This document shows positions 8,517-17,805 of a DNA stretch of 64,000 nucleotides, piece after piece. A model generated the notes under the pieces. It searched no databases. It worked only from the letters and a program-made list of their open reading frames with translations, and was not told the origin of the DNA. The first letter of the stretch is position 1, and every line of letters begins with the position of its first letter. This DNA is from Candidatus Levyibacteriota bacterium (GTDB lineage Bacteria > Patescibacteriota > Microgenomatia > Levybacterales > UBA12049): contig JBEKQZ010000001.1 of the NCBI GenBank assembly GCA_049519175.1, forward strand, positions 224,043-288,042, read 5' to 3'. Made by a program: the position numbers and the translations under genes.

Positions 8517-10783
8517 ATAAAGTAAAAATATTATTGATAGTTTGTCTTTTCCTATTGCCTTTATTTTTTTTCAAAGCGTCATTTTTGCAAGGTAGGCTGC
8601 CAATTCCCGCAGACACAATTGTCGGACTTTATTACCCTTTTCGGGATTTATATTTCAAAACAAATCCGAACGGTATTGCTTACAAAAATTTTTTGATTAC
8701 CGACCCGGTCCGGCAACAATATCCTTGGAAAAGTTTAGCAACAGGTCTAGAAAAACAATTCAATTTGCCGCTTTGGAATCCTTACAATTTTGCCGGCACG
8801 CCACTACTGGCTAACTTTCAGTCCGGTGCCTTTTATCCGCTTAATTTACTTTTTGCTATTTTGCCTTTTTCTTTTGCCTGGAGCTTACTTATCTTTTTGC
8901 AGCCACTTTTAGCCGGTATTTTTTTATTCTTTTATTTATTAAATCTAAAACTTAATAAAGCCGCCAGTTTTTTGGGAGCGCTTACTTTTTCTTTTTGCGG
9001 ATTTTCGATTGCCTGGCTGGAATGGGGAACAATTTTAAACACAGCGCTCTGGCTACCTTTAATTTTATTGGCGATAGATAAAATCGTTCAAAATTCAGAA
9101 GTCAAAATTCAGAAGTCAAAATTAGCTTGGTATTTTATTTTAGTCTTTGCGTTTATTTCTGCTTTTTTCGCCGGGCATCTGCAAACATTCTTCTATTTGT
9201 CGGTTTTTGCTGCTTTATATTTTCTTGTTCGTTGGTTCCAATGTGGAAGAAAAATAAAAATGCTTGGTAGCTTTTTTGTTTGTTTTTGCCTATTCTTTAT
9301 TTTGATTTTGCCCCAGCTTTTGCCGACTTTGCAATTTATCGCTCTTTCGGCCAGAAACGTCGATCTTGTCGGTTGGAAACAAGCCGGTTGGTTCATTCCT
9401 TGGCAGAATTTAATTCAATTTATCGCTCCGGATTTCTTTGGTAACCCGGCAACGCTTAATTATTATGGCATCTGGAATTATGGTGAATTTATCGGCTACA
9501 TCGGCATTGTGCCCCTGATTATGGCGTTGTTTGCGCTTTTTTTCAGACGGGATAAAAAAACTTTTCTTTTTGGAACAGCATTTTTCCTGTCGTTAATTTT
9601 TGCTCTGCCGACAATTTTCGCCAAAATTCCCTTTAAATTTGATTTACCATTTCTTTCAACCGCCCAACCAACACGACTATTATTCATTACGGATTTTTCC
9701 TTAAGCGTTTTAGCCGCTTTCGGATTAGACCGTTTTATCAATGCCCAAAATAAAAAGCCCATCATTATTATTCTGGGACTTTTCGGCATAATCTTTGTTG
9801 GACTTTGGTCTTTTGTCTTAATTTTCCATGGTCAGCTTTTGTTGGCAAAAGATTTGGCCGTAGCTAAGCAAAATTTAATTTTTCCGACAATACTATTTAT
9901 AGTAGCCTCACTTATCTTATTCATTGTAATTTTAAGTTCACGTAAAAAACTAATGCTAACATTAGTGGGTTTACTAATTTTAATTACGGTTGTTGACCTT
10001 TTTCGGTTTGGTTGGAAGTTTGAGCCTTTCACGAGCGAGCAATATCTTTTTTCGTCAACTGCAATAACGTCATTTTTGCAAAACCAGCCGGGAATATTCC
10101 GGGTGATGGCGACCGACTCGGAGATTTTACCGCCAAACTTTTCCATTATGTATAAACTGCAGACGCTCGACGGTTACGACCCATTATATCTACAGCGGTT
10201 CGGAGAGTTAATGGCGGCATCAGCCAGGGGAGAACCAAATATTAATCCGCCATTTGGTTTCAACCGAATTATCACACCGCAGGATCCCTTGTCCAGAACA
10301 ACGGATTTGTCGGGAGTTAAATACGTTTTAAGTTTGGAAGATATTAGAAACTCCAAGCTCAAAGAGGTTTTTACCGATGGGATTGTCAAAGTTTACGAAA
10401 ACGAAATGGCAATGCCTAGAGCGTTTTTTGTCAATACTACTTTTCTCGCCGATTCAAAACAACAAGCAATTAACGCCCTGTTTGATTTAAATTTCCCGCT
10501 TAATAAAAGGGCAGTTGTGGAGAATGTCCAAAACACAAAACTGTTTAAATCAAATTGGGATTTAGGAGACGCGCAAATCACAAGTTATAAGGACAATAAC
10601 GTTATCATTAAAACAAATAATCCTGGAGAAGGTTTTTTGGTTCTAACCGATAGCTTCTATCCAAATTGGCATGCGACAATCGACGGGCACGAGACCCAAA
10701 TTTATCTGACGGACTACAATTTTAGAGGTATAATTACTCCCAAGGGAAAACATACAATCGATTTTTACGATACACTATTTTAA
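8513..10783 (+). CDS. YfhO-family membrane glycosyltransferase, paralog of 4811 gene
   Basis: PLWNPYNFAGTPLLANFQSGAFYPLNLLF aligns with the 4811 protein. C-term is FYPNWHATIDGHETQIYLTDYNFRG..GKHTIDFYD. ATGA overlap with the upstream gene. Confidence 0.7.
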   Translation: MNKVKILLIVCLFLLPLFFFKASFLQGRLPIPADTIVGLYYPFRDLYFKTNPNGIAYKNFLITDPVRQQYPWKSLATGLEKQFNLPLWNPYNFAGTPLLANFQSGAFYPLNLLFAILPFSFAWSLLIFLQPLLAGIFLFFYLLNLKLNKAASFLGALTFSFCGFSIAWLEWGTILNTALWLPLILLAIDKIVQNSEVKIQKSKLAWYFILVFAFISAFFAGHLQTFFYLSVFAALYFLVRWFQCGRKIKMLGSFFVCFCLFFILILPQLLPTLQFIALSARNVDLVGWKQAGWFIPWQNLIQFIAPDFFGNPATLNYYGIWNYGEFIGYIGIVPLIMALFALFFRRDKKTFLFGTAFFLSLIFALPTIFAKIPFKFDLPFLSTAQPTRLLFITDFSLSVLAAFGLDRFINAQNKKPIIIILGLFGIIFVGLWSFVLIFHGQLLLAKDLAVAKQNLIFPTILFIVASLILFIVILSSRKKLMLTLVGLLILITVVDLFRFGWKFEPFTSEQYLFSSTAITSFLQNQPGIFRVMATDSEILPPNFSIMYKLQTLDGYDPLYLQRFGELMAASARGEPNINPPFGFNRIITPQDPLSRTTDLSGVKYVLSLEDIRNSKLKEVFTDGIVKVYENEMAMPRAFFVNTTFLADSKQQAINALFDLNFPLNKRAVVENVQNTKLFKSNWDLGDAQITSYKDNNVIIKTNNPGEGFLVLTDSFYPNWHATIDGHETQIYLTDYNFRGIITPKGKHTIDFYDTLF
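9088..9123 (+). repeat. 14-nt tandem duplication (tcaaaattcagaag x2.6) inside the YfhO paralog
   Basis: Directly visible: tcaaaattcagaag tcaaaattcagaag tcaaaatt. It encodes NSEVKIQKSKLA. Confidence 0.7.
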
Positions 10784-10784
10784 T

Positions 10785-11717
10785 ATGGATATTAGCATTA
10801 TCATTCCAAATTACAACGGTGAACAGCTATTAAAAAAGAACTTGGAAAAAGTTTGCAAAGAACTTAGTTCTTACAAATCCGGGAAGACAGAAATATTAGT
10901 GGTTGATGACGGGTCTTCGGACCAAAGCGTCGCTTTTTTAAATGAATTTTCAAAAACTCACCAAAATTGCAAAGTTTTAGTTAATAGTAAGAATCTTGGT
11001 TTTGCGTCAACCGTTAACCGAGGCGTGGAGGCTTCGATTGGCGAAATAATTATTCTTTTAAACACGGATGTCTATCCGGAAGAAGGCTTTTTGGAACCTT
11101 TACTTAAACACTTTTCCGATGCAGAAATATTTGCCGTCGGCTGTTTAGACAGAAGTATTGAAAGCGGTAGAGTTGTTTTGCGCGGCCGGGGCTTAGGCGA
11201 ATGGAAAAGGGGATTTTTGGTGCATAGAAGGGGAGAAGTCGATAAGCAAAATACTCTGTGGGTTAGCGGCGGAAGCGGAGCATTTCGGAAAACGATTTGG
11301 GAAAAATTGGGAGGATTCAATAATCTTTATGCGCCGTTTTATTGGGAAGATATTGATTTATCCTATCGGGCTTTAAAGTCAGGATACAAAATTTTATTTG
11401 AGCCGAAAAGCGTAGTTGTACACGAGCACGAAAAGGGCGCAATTAAAAGTAAGTATTCAGAGTTCAAAATAAAAACAATTGCTTATCGGAATCAATTTAT
11501 TTTTGTTTGGGAGAATGTGACGGATTTTCCCTTGCGGATTACTCACATTATTTGGTTGCCTTATCATTTTGCAAAAGCGATTATAAATTCCGACTGGGCT
11601 CTTTATCTAGGTTTTTTTGAGGCTTTTATTCTTCTGCCAAAAATAATAAAATCTAGACTTAGTTATGAGAAGCTCTTTGCTAAAAAAGACAAAGAAATTC
11701 TTAAAGACTACACATAA
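10785..11717 (+). CDS. GT2 family glycosyltransferase
   Basis: ISIIIPNYNGEQLL..ILVVDDGSSDQS..LLNTDV..YWEDIDLSYR. Confidence 0.8.
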   Translation: MDISIIIPNYNGEQLLKKNLEKVCKELSSYKSGKTEILVVDDGSSDQSVAFLNEFSKTHQNCKVLVNSKNLGFASTVNRGVEASIGEIIILLNTDVYPEEGFLEPLLKHFSDAEIFAVGCLDRSIESGRVVLRGRGLGEWKRGFLVHRRGEVDKQNTLWVSGGSGAFRKTIWEKLGGFNNLYAPFYWEDIDLSYRALKSGYKILFEPKSVVVHEHEKGAIKSKYSEFKIKTIAYRNQFIFVWENVTDFPLRITHIIWLPYHFAKAIINSDWALYLGFFEAFILLPKIIKSRLSYEKLFAKKDKEILKDYT

Positions 11718-12418
11718 TGAAGTTATCTATAATAGTACCTGTATTTAACGAAGAGAAAACCATTCTTCAAATCTTAGAAAAATTGGATAATGCTGGTATT
11801 CCAGTGCAGTACGAAATTATTGTCGTTGACGATGGGTCGACTGACACGACGAGAACAAAATTAAAAAATATCAAAGGTGCTAAAGTTATCCTACACAAAA
11901 AAAATCAAGGGAAAGGCGCTGCGGTAAAGACGGGTATAAAAAATGCAAAAGGGGATTATATTTTAATTCAGGATGCGGATTTGGAATACAATCCCAATCA
12001 AATAAAAGACTTATTAAAACCAATTCTAGCCAAAACTGCAAAAGTCGTTTATGGAACAAGACTAAATAGAACGCCTCATCTTAGAAAAGAAGAAGCGAAG
12101 CACTTTTTTATTATTCATTATTTTGGCAATAGATTTTTAAGTTTGGTAACCAGTTTTCTCTACGGACAATGGCTAACCGATATGGAAACCTGCTATAAAT
12201 TGTTTCCCAAAATCGCGCTTAATTCCATTAAGCTTAATGCCAAAGGTTTTGAATTTGAACCGGAAATAACTTCTAAATTGTTAAAGCGGGGATATAAGAT
12301 AAAAGAAGTTTCCATTGTTGCTACTCCTAGGGGATACGATGAAGGTAAAAAATTAAATACAGTCAGAGATGGTACAAAAGCCCTGTGGTATTTAATTAAA
12401 TACAGGTTTACAGATTAA
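11717..12418 (+). CDS. GT2 glycosyltransferase, polyprenyl-phosphate sugar synthase-like (DPM1-like, no TM tail)
   Basis: LSIIVPVFNEEKTI..IIVVDDGSTDTT..QDADLEY. The TAATG overlaps the upstream stop. Confidence 0.8.
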   Translation: MKLSIIVPVFNEEKTILQILEKLDNAGIPVQYEIIVVDDGSTDTTRTKLKNIKGAKVILHKKNQGKGAAVKTGIKNAKGDYILIQDADLEYNPNQIKDLLKPILAKTAKVVYGTRLNRTPHLRKEEAKHFFIIHYFGNRFLSLVTSFLYGQWLTDMETCYKLFPKIALNSIKLNAKGFEFEPEITSKLLKRGYKIKEVSIVATPRGYDEGKKLNTVRDGTKALWYLIKYRFTD

Positions 12419-13011
12419 TGAATATGAACGTAACAAGAGGATATGGACTCCTTGAGGCATTCTTAGCAAAAAAAAGAGCAAAATTGGCAAACAAGTTCAT
12501 AACAGAAGGTTATAGAAGCGGCAGAATACTGGATATAGGTTGTGGTACTTATCCATACTTTTTGGAAACGACTAAGTTTAAAGAAAAATATGGAATTGAT
12601 CCGGTTCTTAATCTGAAAGCAGTTGGAGAGAAAAGCCTTAAGCTAAGCAAAGTTGCGATCGGAAACAAGAAGTTACCCTTTGAAGATAATTTTTTTAATG
12701 TTGTGACGATGCTGGCGGTTTTCGAACATATAGAAAATAATGATCTTGAGCCGATACTAAAAGAGGCTTATAGAATTCTGAAAAAAAATGGAATCTTTAT
12801 TATTACAACACCGGCGTCTTGGTCGGATAAACTGCTTCATTTTATGGCAAGGACAGGGTTAATAAGCGCGGAAGAAATACATGAACACAAACATAATCAT
12901 CGAAGAGAACGAATAGAAGATATAATAGCGAGTGGAGGATTTAATAAGAACAATATTAGAAGTGGGTTTTTTGAGCTAGGTATGAATATGTGGTTTACGG
13001 CAAAAAAATGA
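12418..13011 (+). CDS. Class I SAM-dependent methyltransferase
   Basis: ILDIGCGTYPY (motif I) and VVTMLAVFEHIEN (motif II/post I). Confidence 0.7.
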   Translation: MNMNVTRGYGLLEAFLAKKRAKLANKFITEGYRSGRILDIGCGTYPYFLETTKFKEKYGIDPVLNLKAVGEKSLKLSKVAIGNKKLPFEDNFFNVVTMLAVFEHIENNDLEPILKEAYRILKKNGIFIITTPASWSDKLLHFMARTGLISAEEIHEHKHNHRRERIEDIIASGGFNKNNIRSGFFELGMNMWFTAKK

Positions 13012-14483
13012 TTAGAAAAATTTTTGGCAAAAGATTTGAGATTTCATTAAGCTTAGTTATTCTACTCGCTGTGATTTTAAGGTTTGTGAACTATTCTAAC
13101 AGATGGGGATTAGCTTATGATCAGGCGCGTGACGTTATTGTTTCCACTTATGCCTTAAGTCATCATTTAATCCCATTAACAGGACCTTTCTCTTCGGCGG
13201 GTCAATTCGTGTATGGTCCTCAGTGGGTTTGGATAGTTTCTGCTTTTGTTGCCGTATTTCCTGGCGCAATCATGACGCCTTGGATAATCCAGACATTACT
13301 GTATGTCTTAATGGTGCTAGTAATGTTTCTAATAGGTAAAGAGATTTTTGGGAGGAATTTCGGTTTGCTAACAGCCTTTTTTACTGCTATTTCTACAGCC
13401 CAACTTGGACAATCTACAAATCTTATATCCCCTTCTATGGCAGGCATTTTTTCAATTATTGCAGTCTATTTTTTTATAAGGTATATAAAATATTCAAAAA
13501 ATCTTGATGCTTTCTTGCTGGGCTTTTTAGTTTCTAATACTATTAATATACATTTTCAAGCGATTGGTTTAATATTTTTGCTTCCAGTAGGATTTTTAAT
13601 TAGCAAAAGAAAATTTAAAAGTTTATTATTTCTAGGGATTGGAGCATTTATCCCATTTATACCACTGGTCATTTTTGATCTACAAAATAAGTTTTTTGAA
13701 AGCAGAAATATATTGGATTACTATCTTTATGGTCAAAATAGATTATACACCCCAAATAGATGGTTAACCTATGCCGGTGTTTTTTGGCCAAAAGCTTGGT
13801 CTGGAATAATTGGCGGGCAAATAATACTTGGATATTTCTTTGCAATAATATTCTTCGTGTTTACTCTTTGGGGAATCGTAAAGAGGAAGCTGGACAAGAA
13901 TATGTTAGGCCTTATTGCAGCGTTTTCATTGATTTTTATAATGCTCCGGTATTATAAAGGGGTAATTTTTGACGGATACATAGTCTTTCTTCATCCATTT
14001 GTATTGGTTTTTTCCGCTTGGGTAGCCTATAAAATTTTCAAATTCAATAAGTTCGCCGCTCTACTGTTAATTGTTATTGTCTTTGTCTTAACAATGCAGG
14101 CAAACATCAGAGAAATATCGGTCGCGACCAATAATACAGCGAAAGAAGCTACAATCTTAAGGAATCAATTGATTAAAAAGTTTCCAAGCGAAAAATTTTC
14201 CGTATACGATTACAAATTTTCTCAGGTTAACAGGTCTTATCCATTTGTAATGTATATGAACAAGGATAATAAGATTGATGATAGTGGAATGAAAATAGGA
14301 CTAGCAAATTTTAATAGTAACGACAAAATGCGAAAAGATTTACCGATAATAATAAATGATAAATTGGGATTTCAAATTTATGATTTAAGTTCTTCGTCGA
14401 GCGCGACGCTTCTTAAGGATAAATGGATTTTTGTCAATCCAAGTGAAATTTATAAAACATCTGAGCAGTGGTATAAAGAATAG
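13008..14483 (+). CDS. Polytopic membrane protein, GT-C-like (family A: YDQ.RD loop motif, ArnT/PMT_2-like?)
   Basis: GLAYDQARDVIVSTYAL..IPLTGP..YGPQW. It has at least 10 TM segments and a soluble aromatic-rich C-terminal domain. It is paralogous to the 19452, 20943 and 22493 genes. The ATG at 13008 overlaps the upstream TGA. The ORF-track start at 12990 is GTG. Confidence 0.5.
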   Translation: MIRKIFGKRFEISLSLVILLAVILRFVNYSNRWGLAYDQARDVIVSTYALSHHLIPLTGPFSSAGQFVYGPQWVWIVSAFVAVFPGAIMTPWIIQTLLYVLMVLVMFLIGKEIFGRNFGLLTAFFTAISTAQLGQSTNLISPSMAGIFSIIAVYFFIRYIKYSKNLDAFLLGFLVSNTINIHFQAIGLIFLLPVGFLISKRKFKSLLFLGIGAFIPFIPLVIFDLQNKFFESRNILDYYLYGQNRLYTPNRWLTYAGVFWPKAWSGIIGGQIILGYFFAIIFFVFTLWGIVKRKLDKNMLGLIAAFSLIFIMLRYYKGVIFDGYIVFLHPFVLVFSAWVAYKIFKFNKFAALLLIVIVFVLTMQANIREISVATNNTAKEATILRNQLIKKFPSEKFSVYDYKFSQVNRSYPFVMYMNKDNKIDDSGMKIGLANFNSNDKMRKDLPIIINDKLGFQIYDLSSSSSATLLKDKWIFVNPSEIYKTSEQWYKE

Positions 14484-16189
14484 ATGAAGAAGTTTTTTAA
14501 TTGGAAAGTAGCATTACTGGCAATTATTATTTTAGCTGCGGTTCTTCGATTGTGGCAGCTAGGAAATATTCCTTCTGGACTGACAAACGATGAGGCCGGC
14601 GTAGGTTGGGATGCGTATTCAATCCTTCACACTGGTAAAGACCAGTGGAATCAATTCTTGCCTTTGCACTTTATGGCTTTTGGTGACTATCCGGCTCCCC
14701 TACTTAGATATATAACGGTTCCATCGATTTTTATTTTCGGACTAAACGCTTTTGCGACCAGATTCCCTTCCGCCTTATTTGGATTATTTGCTGTGGGAGT
14801 AATGTTTTTAATGAGAAAGTGGGAATTCTAAGTGCGCTTTTATTGGCTATTTCTCCTTGGGCGATAGGACTAAGCAGAGTAACAATCGAGCCAAATGTAG
14901 CGATGTGCCTGTTTATATTGGGCTTATTACTTTACTTTGCAGCGCTTAAGAAAATTAAATTCCTCTACCTAAGCGCTTTGATTTTTGCGTTAGTTTTATA
15001 TACGTATTCAGCTTACGTTCTTTTTCTTCCCCTAGTTGCTTTGGCCCTTTTAATTTGGAACCACAAGCACGTGCGGGAAAATCCTAAAGTTTATATAATC
15101 GCCGCTTTACTATTTGTCGTAATTTTAATTCCTAATTTTTTAACGAAAAACACAACGGCATCGGTTCGATTCTCTCAAGTTGGTATAACTACGAATATAA
15201 ATAGTATCGGATTAATAAATACTCTAAATGACCAAAGGGGTGCTTGTCAAACATCTTATAATCAAATTATTTGTAAAATTGTTGATAATAAAATTGTTTT
15301 ATTTACTTCGTCTTTTGTAAAAAATTATACAGCCCATTTTAATATCAATTTTCTTTACAATAACGGAACTTCAACCCAATTTTCAATTCTCCCGGAAAGA
15401 GGATTGGAATACGTTTTTGAACTCGCCTTTTTCATTCTTGGATTAGTTAGAATAGTAAGATATAAAGACAGAAAAGGATATTTACTCATTTTATTATTGT
15501 TGCTGTCGCCCATACCGGATTCTTTAACGGGAGATGGTCATTACGGAAGGGCTTCATTGATACTTCCGTTCATACTACTTATCGAAGGTTTAGGCTTATT
15601 TAGTTTGTCGGAAATTGTTTCGAGAATAAGTCTCTCTTATGTTAGAAAAGCTTTTTATCTTTTATTAGGTTTAGTAATGTTTTCGGCTGTATTTGCTTTC
15701 TGGATTAACTACACGACTTATTTTAAAAACTACTATTCCATTTATTCCCAATATGGCTATGAGAATTTGATGAAGCAAGTTTATTCCTATCGCAATAATT
15801 ACGACAGAATTTATATTTCAAGACATCTTAACGATACAAAGCAATATGTCTACTATCTTTTTTATAGTCAATATGACCCTCGAAAATTCCAGAATAAAAT
15901 TGACGTTTCCTACAGCCAGTCTTCCGACGGTTGGATATCAATAAATAAAATAGAAAATATATATTTTGTTCAGAATCCTCCTGTAATTCCGGATGATTCA
16001 ACTCTTGCTAAAGAAAAAATTCTCATAATTTCTAACCCGGTTGATTTTCCGAAATCAGTAAAACCCGTTTTTACCATCAAAGATAAATTAGGGAATATTC
16101 TATTTAAAGCCATAAATCTTTCCGATTTGATAAGATATAATCTGGAGCATAAAGAATTAATTCTTAAAGAAAATGGTCAAGCTAATTAA
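14484..16189 (+). pseudogene. ArnT/PMT (GT39)-like membrane glycosyltransferase interrupted by a frameshift at about 14815-14831
   Basis: ORF 14484-14831 (N-term with LTNDEAGVGWDAYSI) and ORF 14819-16189 (GILSALLLAISPWAIGLSRVTIEPNVA...) are in different frames. Together they align as one protein with the intact paralogs at 16173 and 17806. Confidence 0.6.
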
Positions 16190-17801
16190 TTATAAGTTTC
16201 TACTACTTTTAATAATACTCATAGGTGGATTTTTGCGATTTTATCAACTTGGGACAAATCCGCCTTCTTTGACTTGGGATGAGGCTGCTTGGGGATATAA
16301 TGCTTATTCAATTGGGATTGACGGCAAAGATGAATTTGGCCGGTTTTTGCCACACGATTATCTTGAATCCTTCGGTGATTTCAAACCGCCGATGTACGCT
16401 TATTTAGATGTTATTCCTGTCAAGTTGTTGGGCTTAAATGAATTTTCGACCCGTGTTCCTTCCGCCTTCTTTGGAGTCTTAACGGTTTTATTAACTTACT
16501 TTTTAGTACAAAGAATATTTTGGAACTCAAGTAATAAGAAAAAATATGCGCTTGCCACAGCCTTCATCTTGGCGATTTCTCCTTGGCATATCATGTTGTC
16601 GCGGGCGGCTTTCGAAGCCAATGTAGCGACCTTTTTTCTTGTCCTAGGAGTTTGGGGATTCTTGGCGGCTACCCAAGACAAAAAATGGTATCTTTTAATC
16701 TCTGCGATATCATTTGCTTTTTCGATGTACACCTTTAATACGGCTAGAGTCGTTGCGCCACTCTTAGTAATCCTACTGGCGTTTGCATTCAGAAAAAAAC
16801 TTTTCCAGATAAAAAAAGAAGTGTTGATAGCGTTTATTATCGGTCTGGCTGTTTTTCTGCCGACTTTCCGGTTTCTATTAACCCCTCAGGCGGATTTAAG
16901 ATTTCAGGAAGTAAATATTTTTAGCGATATAACAGTTGTTAAAACCGCAAATCAGGAAATTGCTAACGATGGAAATGCTTTTTGGTCAAAAATAATCCAT
17001 AACCGAAGGTTTTTATATTCTATTGATTACGTCAAGCATTATTTTGATAATTTATCACCAAACTTTCTATTTATTACGGGTGACGGAAATCCTAAATTTT
17101 CAATTCAAAGCGTTGGACAAATGTATCTTTGGGATATCCCGTTTGTCGTAATCGGAATCTTATTTTTACTTAGGAAGAAAGAAGGAAATTGGTGGCTAGT
17201 GCCATTGTGGCTTTTAATTGGTATCATTCCCGCCGCAACCGCTGAGCAGACTCCGCACGCTTTAAGAATTGAGGCATCACTTCCTATGTTTCAAGTAATC
17301 AGCGCTTACGGTTTTGTTATATTTTTATCAACAATTAAACGTTTTAGAAATATAATAGCGGCTGTTTTAATTGGACTGCTGGTGATAAATCTCGCTTATT
17401 TTTGTCATGATTATTTTGCTCATTATCCCGCTGAGTTCTCGGGAGAATGGCAGTATGGATACAAGCAATCGATTGCTTATGTCAGCTCGGTAGAAAATAA
17501 TTACGCTAGTATCCAAGTTACAACAGCCTTAGGCAGACCGTATATTTATTATCTTTTTTATACAAAAGTTAATCCCGCTTCTTTTAGACAGACTGCGAAA
17601 ATACAAAGGGACGCATTTGGTTTTGTTACAGTAGAAAGCTTTGGGAAATATTCTTTTCCGGCCAGTTTTGATTACACGTTAAGTAAAAAAGAAAAAGTGC
17701 TTTATATTGGCTCAGCCGGCAGTACTCCCAGGGGAGCGAAAATTCTTAAAACATTTGATTTATTAAACGGAGAGCCTATTTTGGTTGCTTACACAATTTA
17801 A
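16173..17801 (+). CDS. ArnT/PMT-like (GT39/GT83-type) polyprenol-phosphate-dependent membrane glycosyltransferase
   Basis: DE motif in the first extracytoplasmic loop (LTWDEAAWGYNAYSI). FSTRVPSAFFG and LAISPWHIMLSRAAFEANVA. About 11 TM segments plus a C-terminal soluble domain. Confidence 0.7.
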   Translation: MVKLINYKFLLLLIILIGGFLRFYQLGTNPPSLTWDEAAWGYNAYSIGIDGKDEFGRFLPHDYLESFGDFKPPMYAYLDVIPVKLLGLNEFSTRVPSAFFGVLTVLLTYFLVQRIFWNSSNKKKYALATAFILAISPWHIMLSRAAFEANVATFFLVLGVWGFLAATQDKKWYLLISAISFAFSMYTFNTARVVAPLLVILLAFAFRKKLFQIKKEVLIAFIIGLAVFLPTFRFLLTPQADLRFQEVNIFSDITVVKTANQEIANDGNAFWSKIIHNRRFLYSIDYVKHYFDNLSPNFLFITGDGNPKFSIQSVGQMYLWDIPFVVIGILFLLRKKEGNWWLVPLWLLIGIIPAATAEQTPHALRIEASLPMFQVISAYGFVIFLSTIKRFRNIIAAVLIGLLVINLAYFCHDYFAHYPAEFSGEWQYGYKQSIAYVSSVENNYASIQVTTALGRPYIYYLFYTKVNPASFRQTAKIQRDAFGFVTVESFGKYSFPASFDYTLSKKEKVLYIGSAGSTPRGAKILKTFDLLNGEPILVAYTI

Positions 17802-17805
17802 TTTT

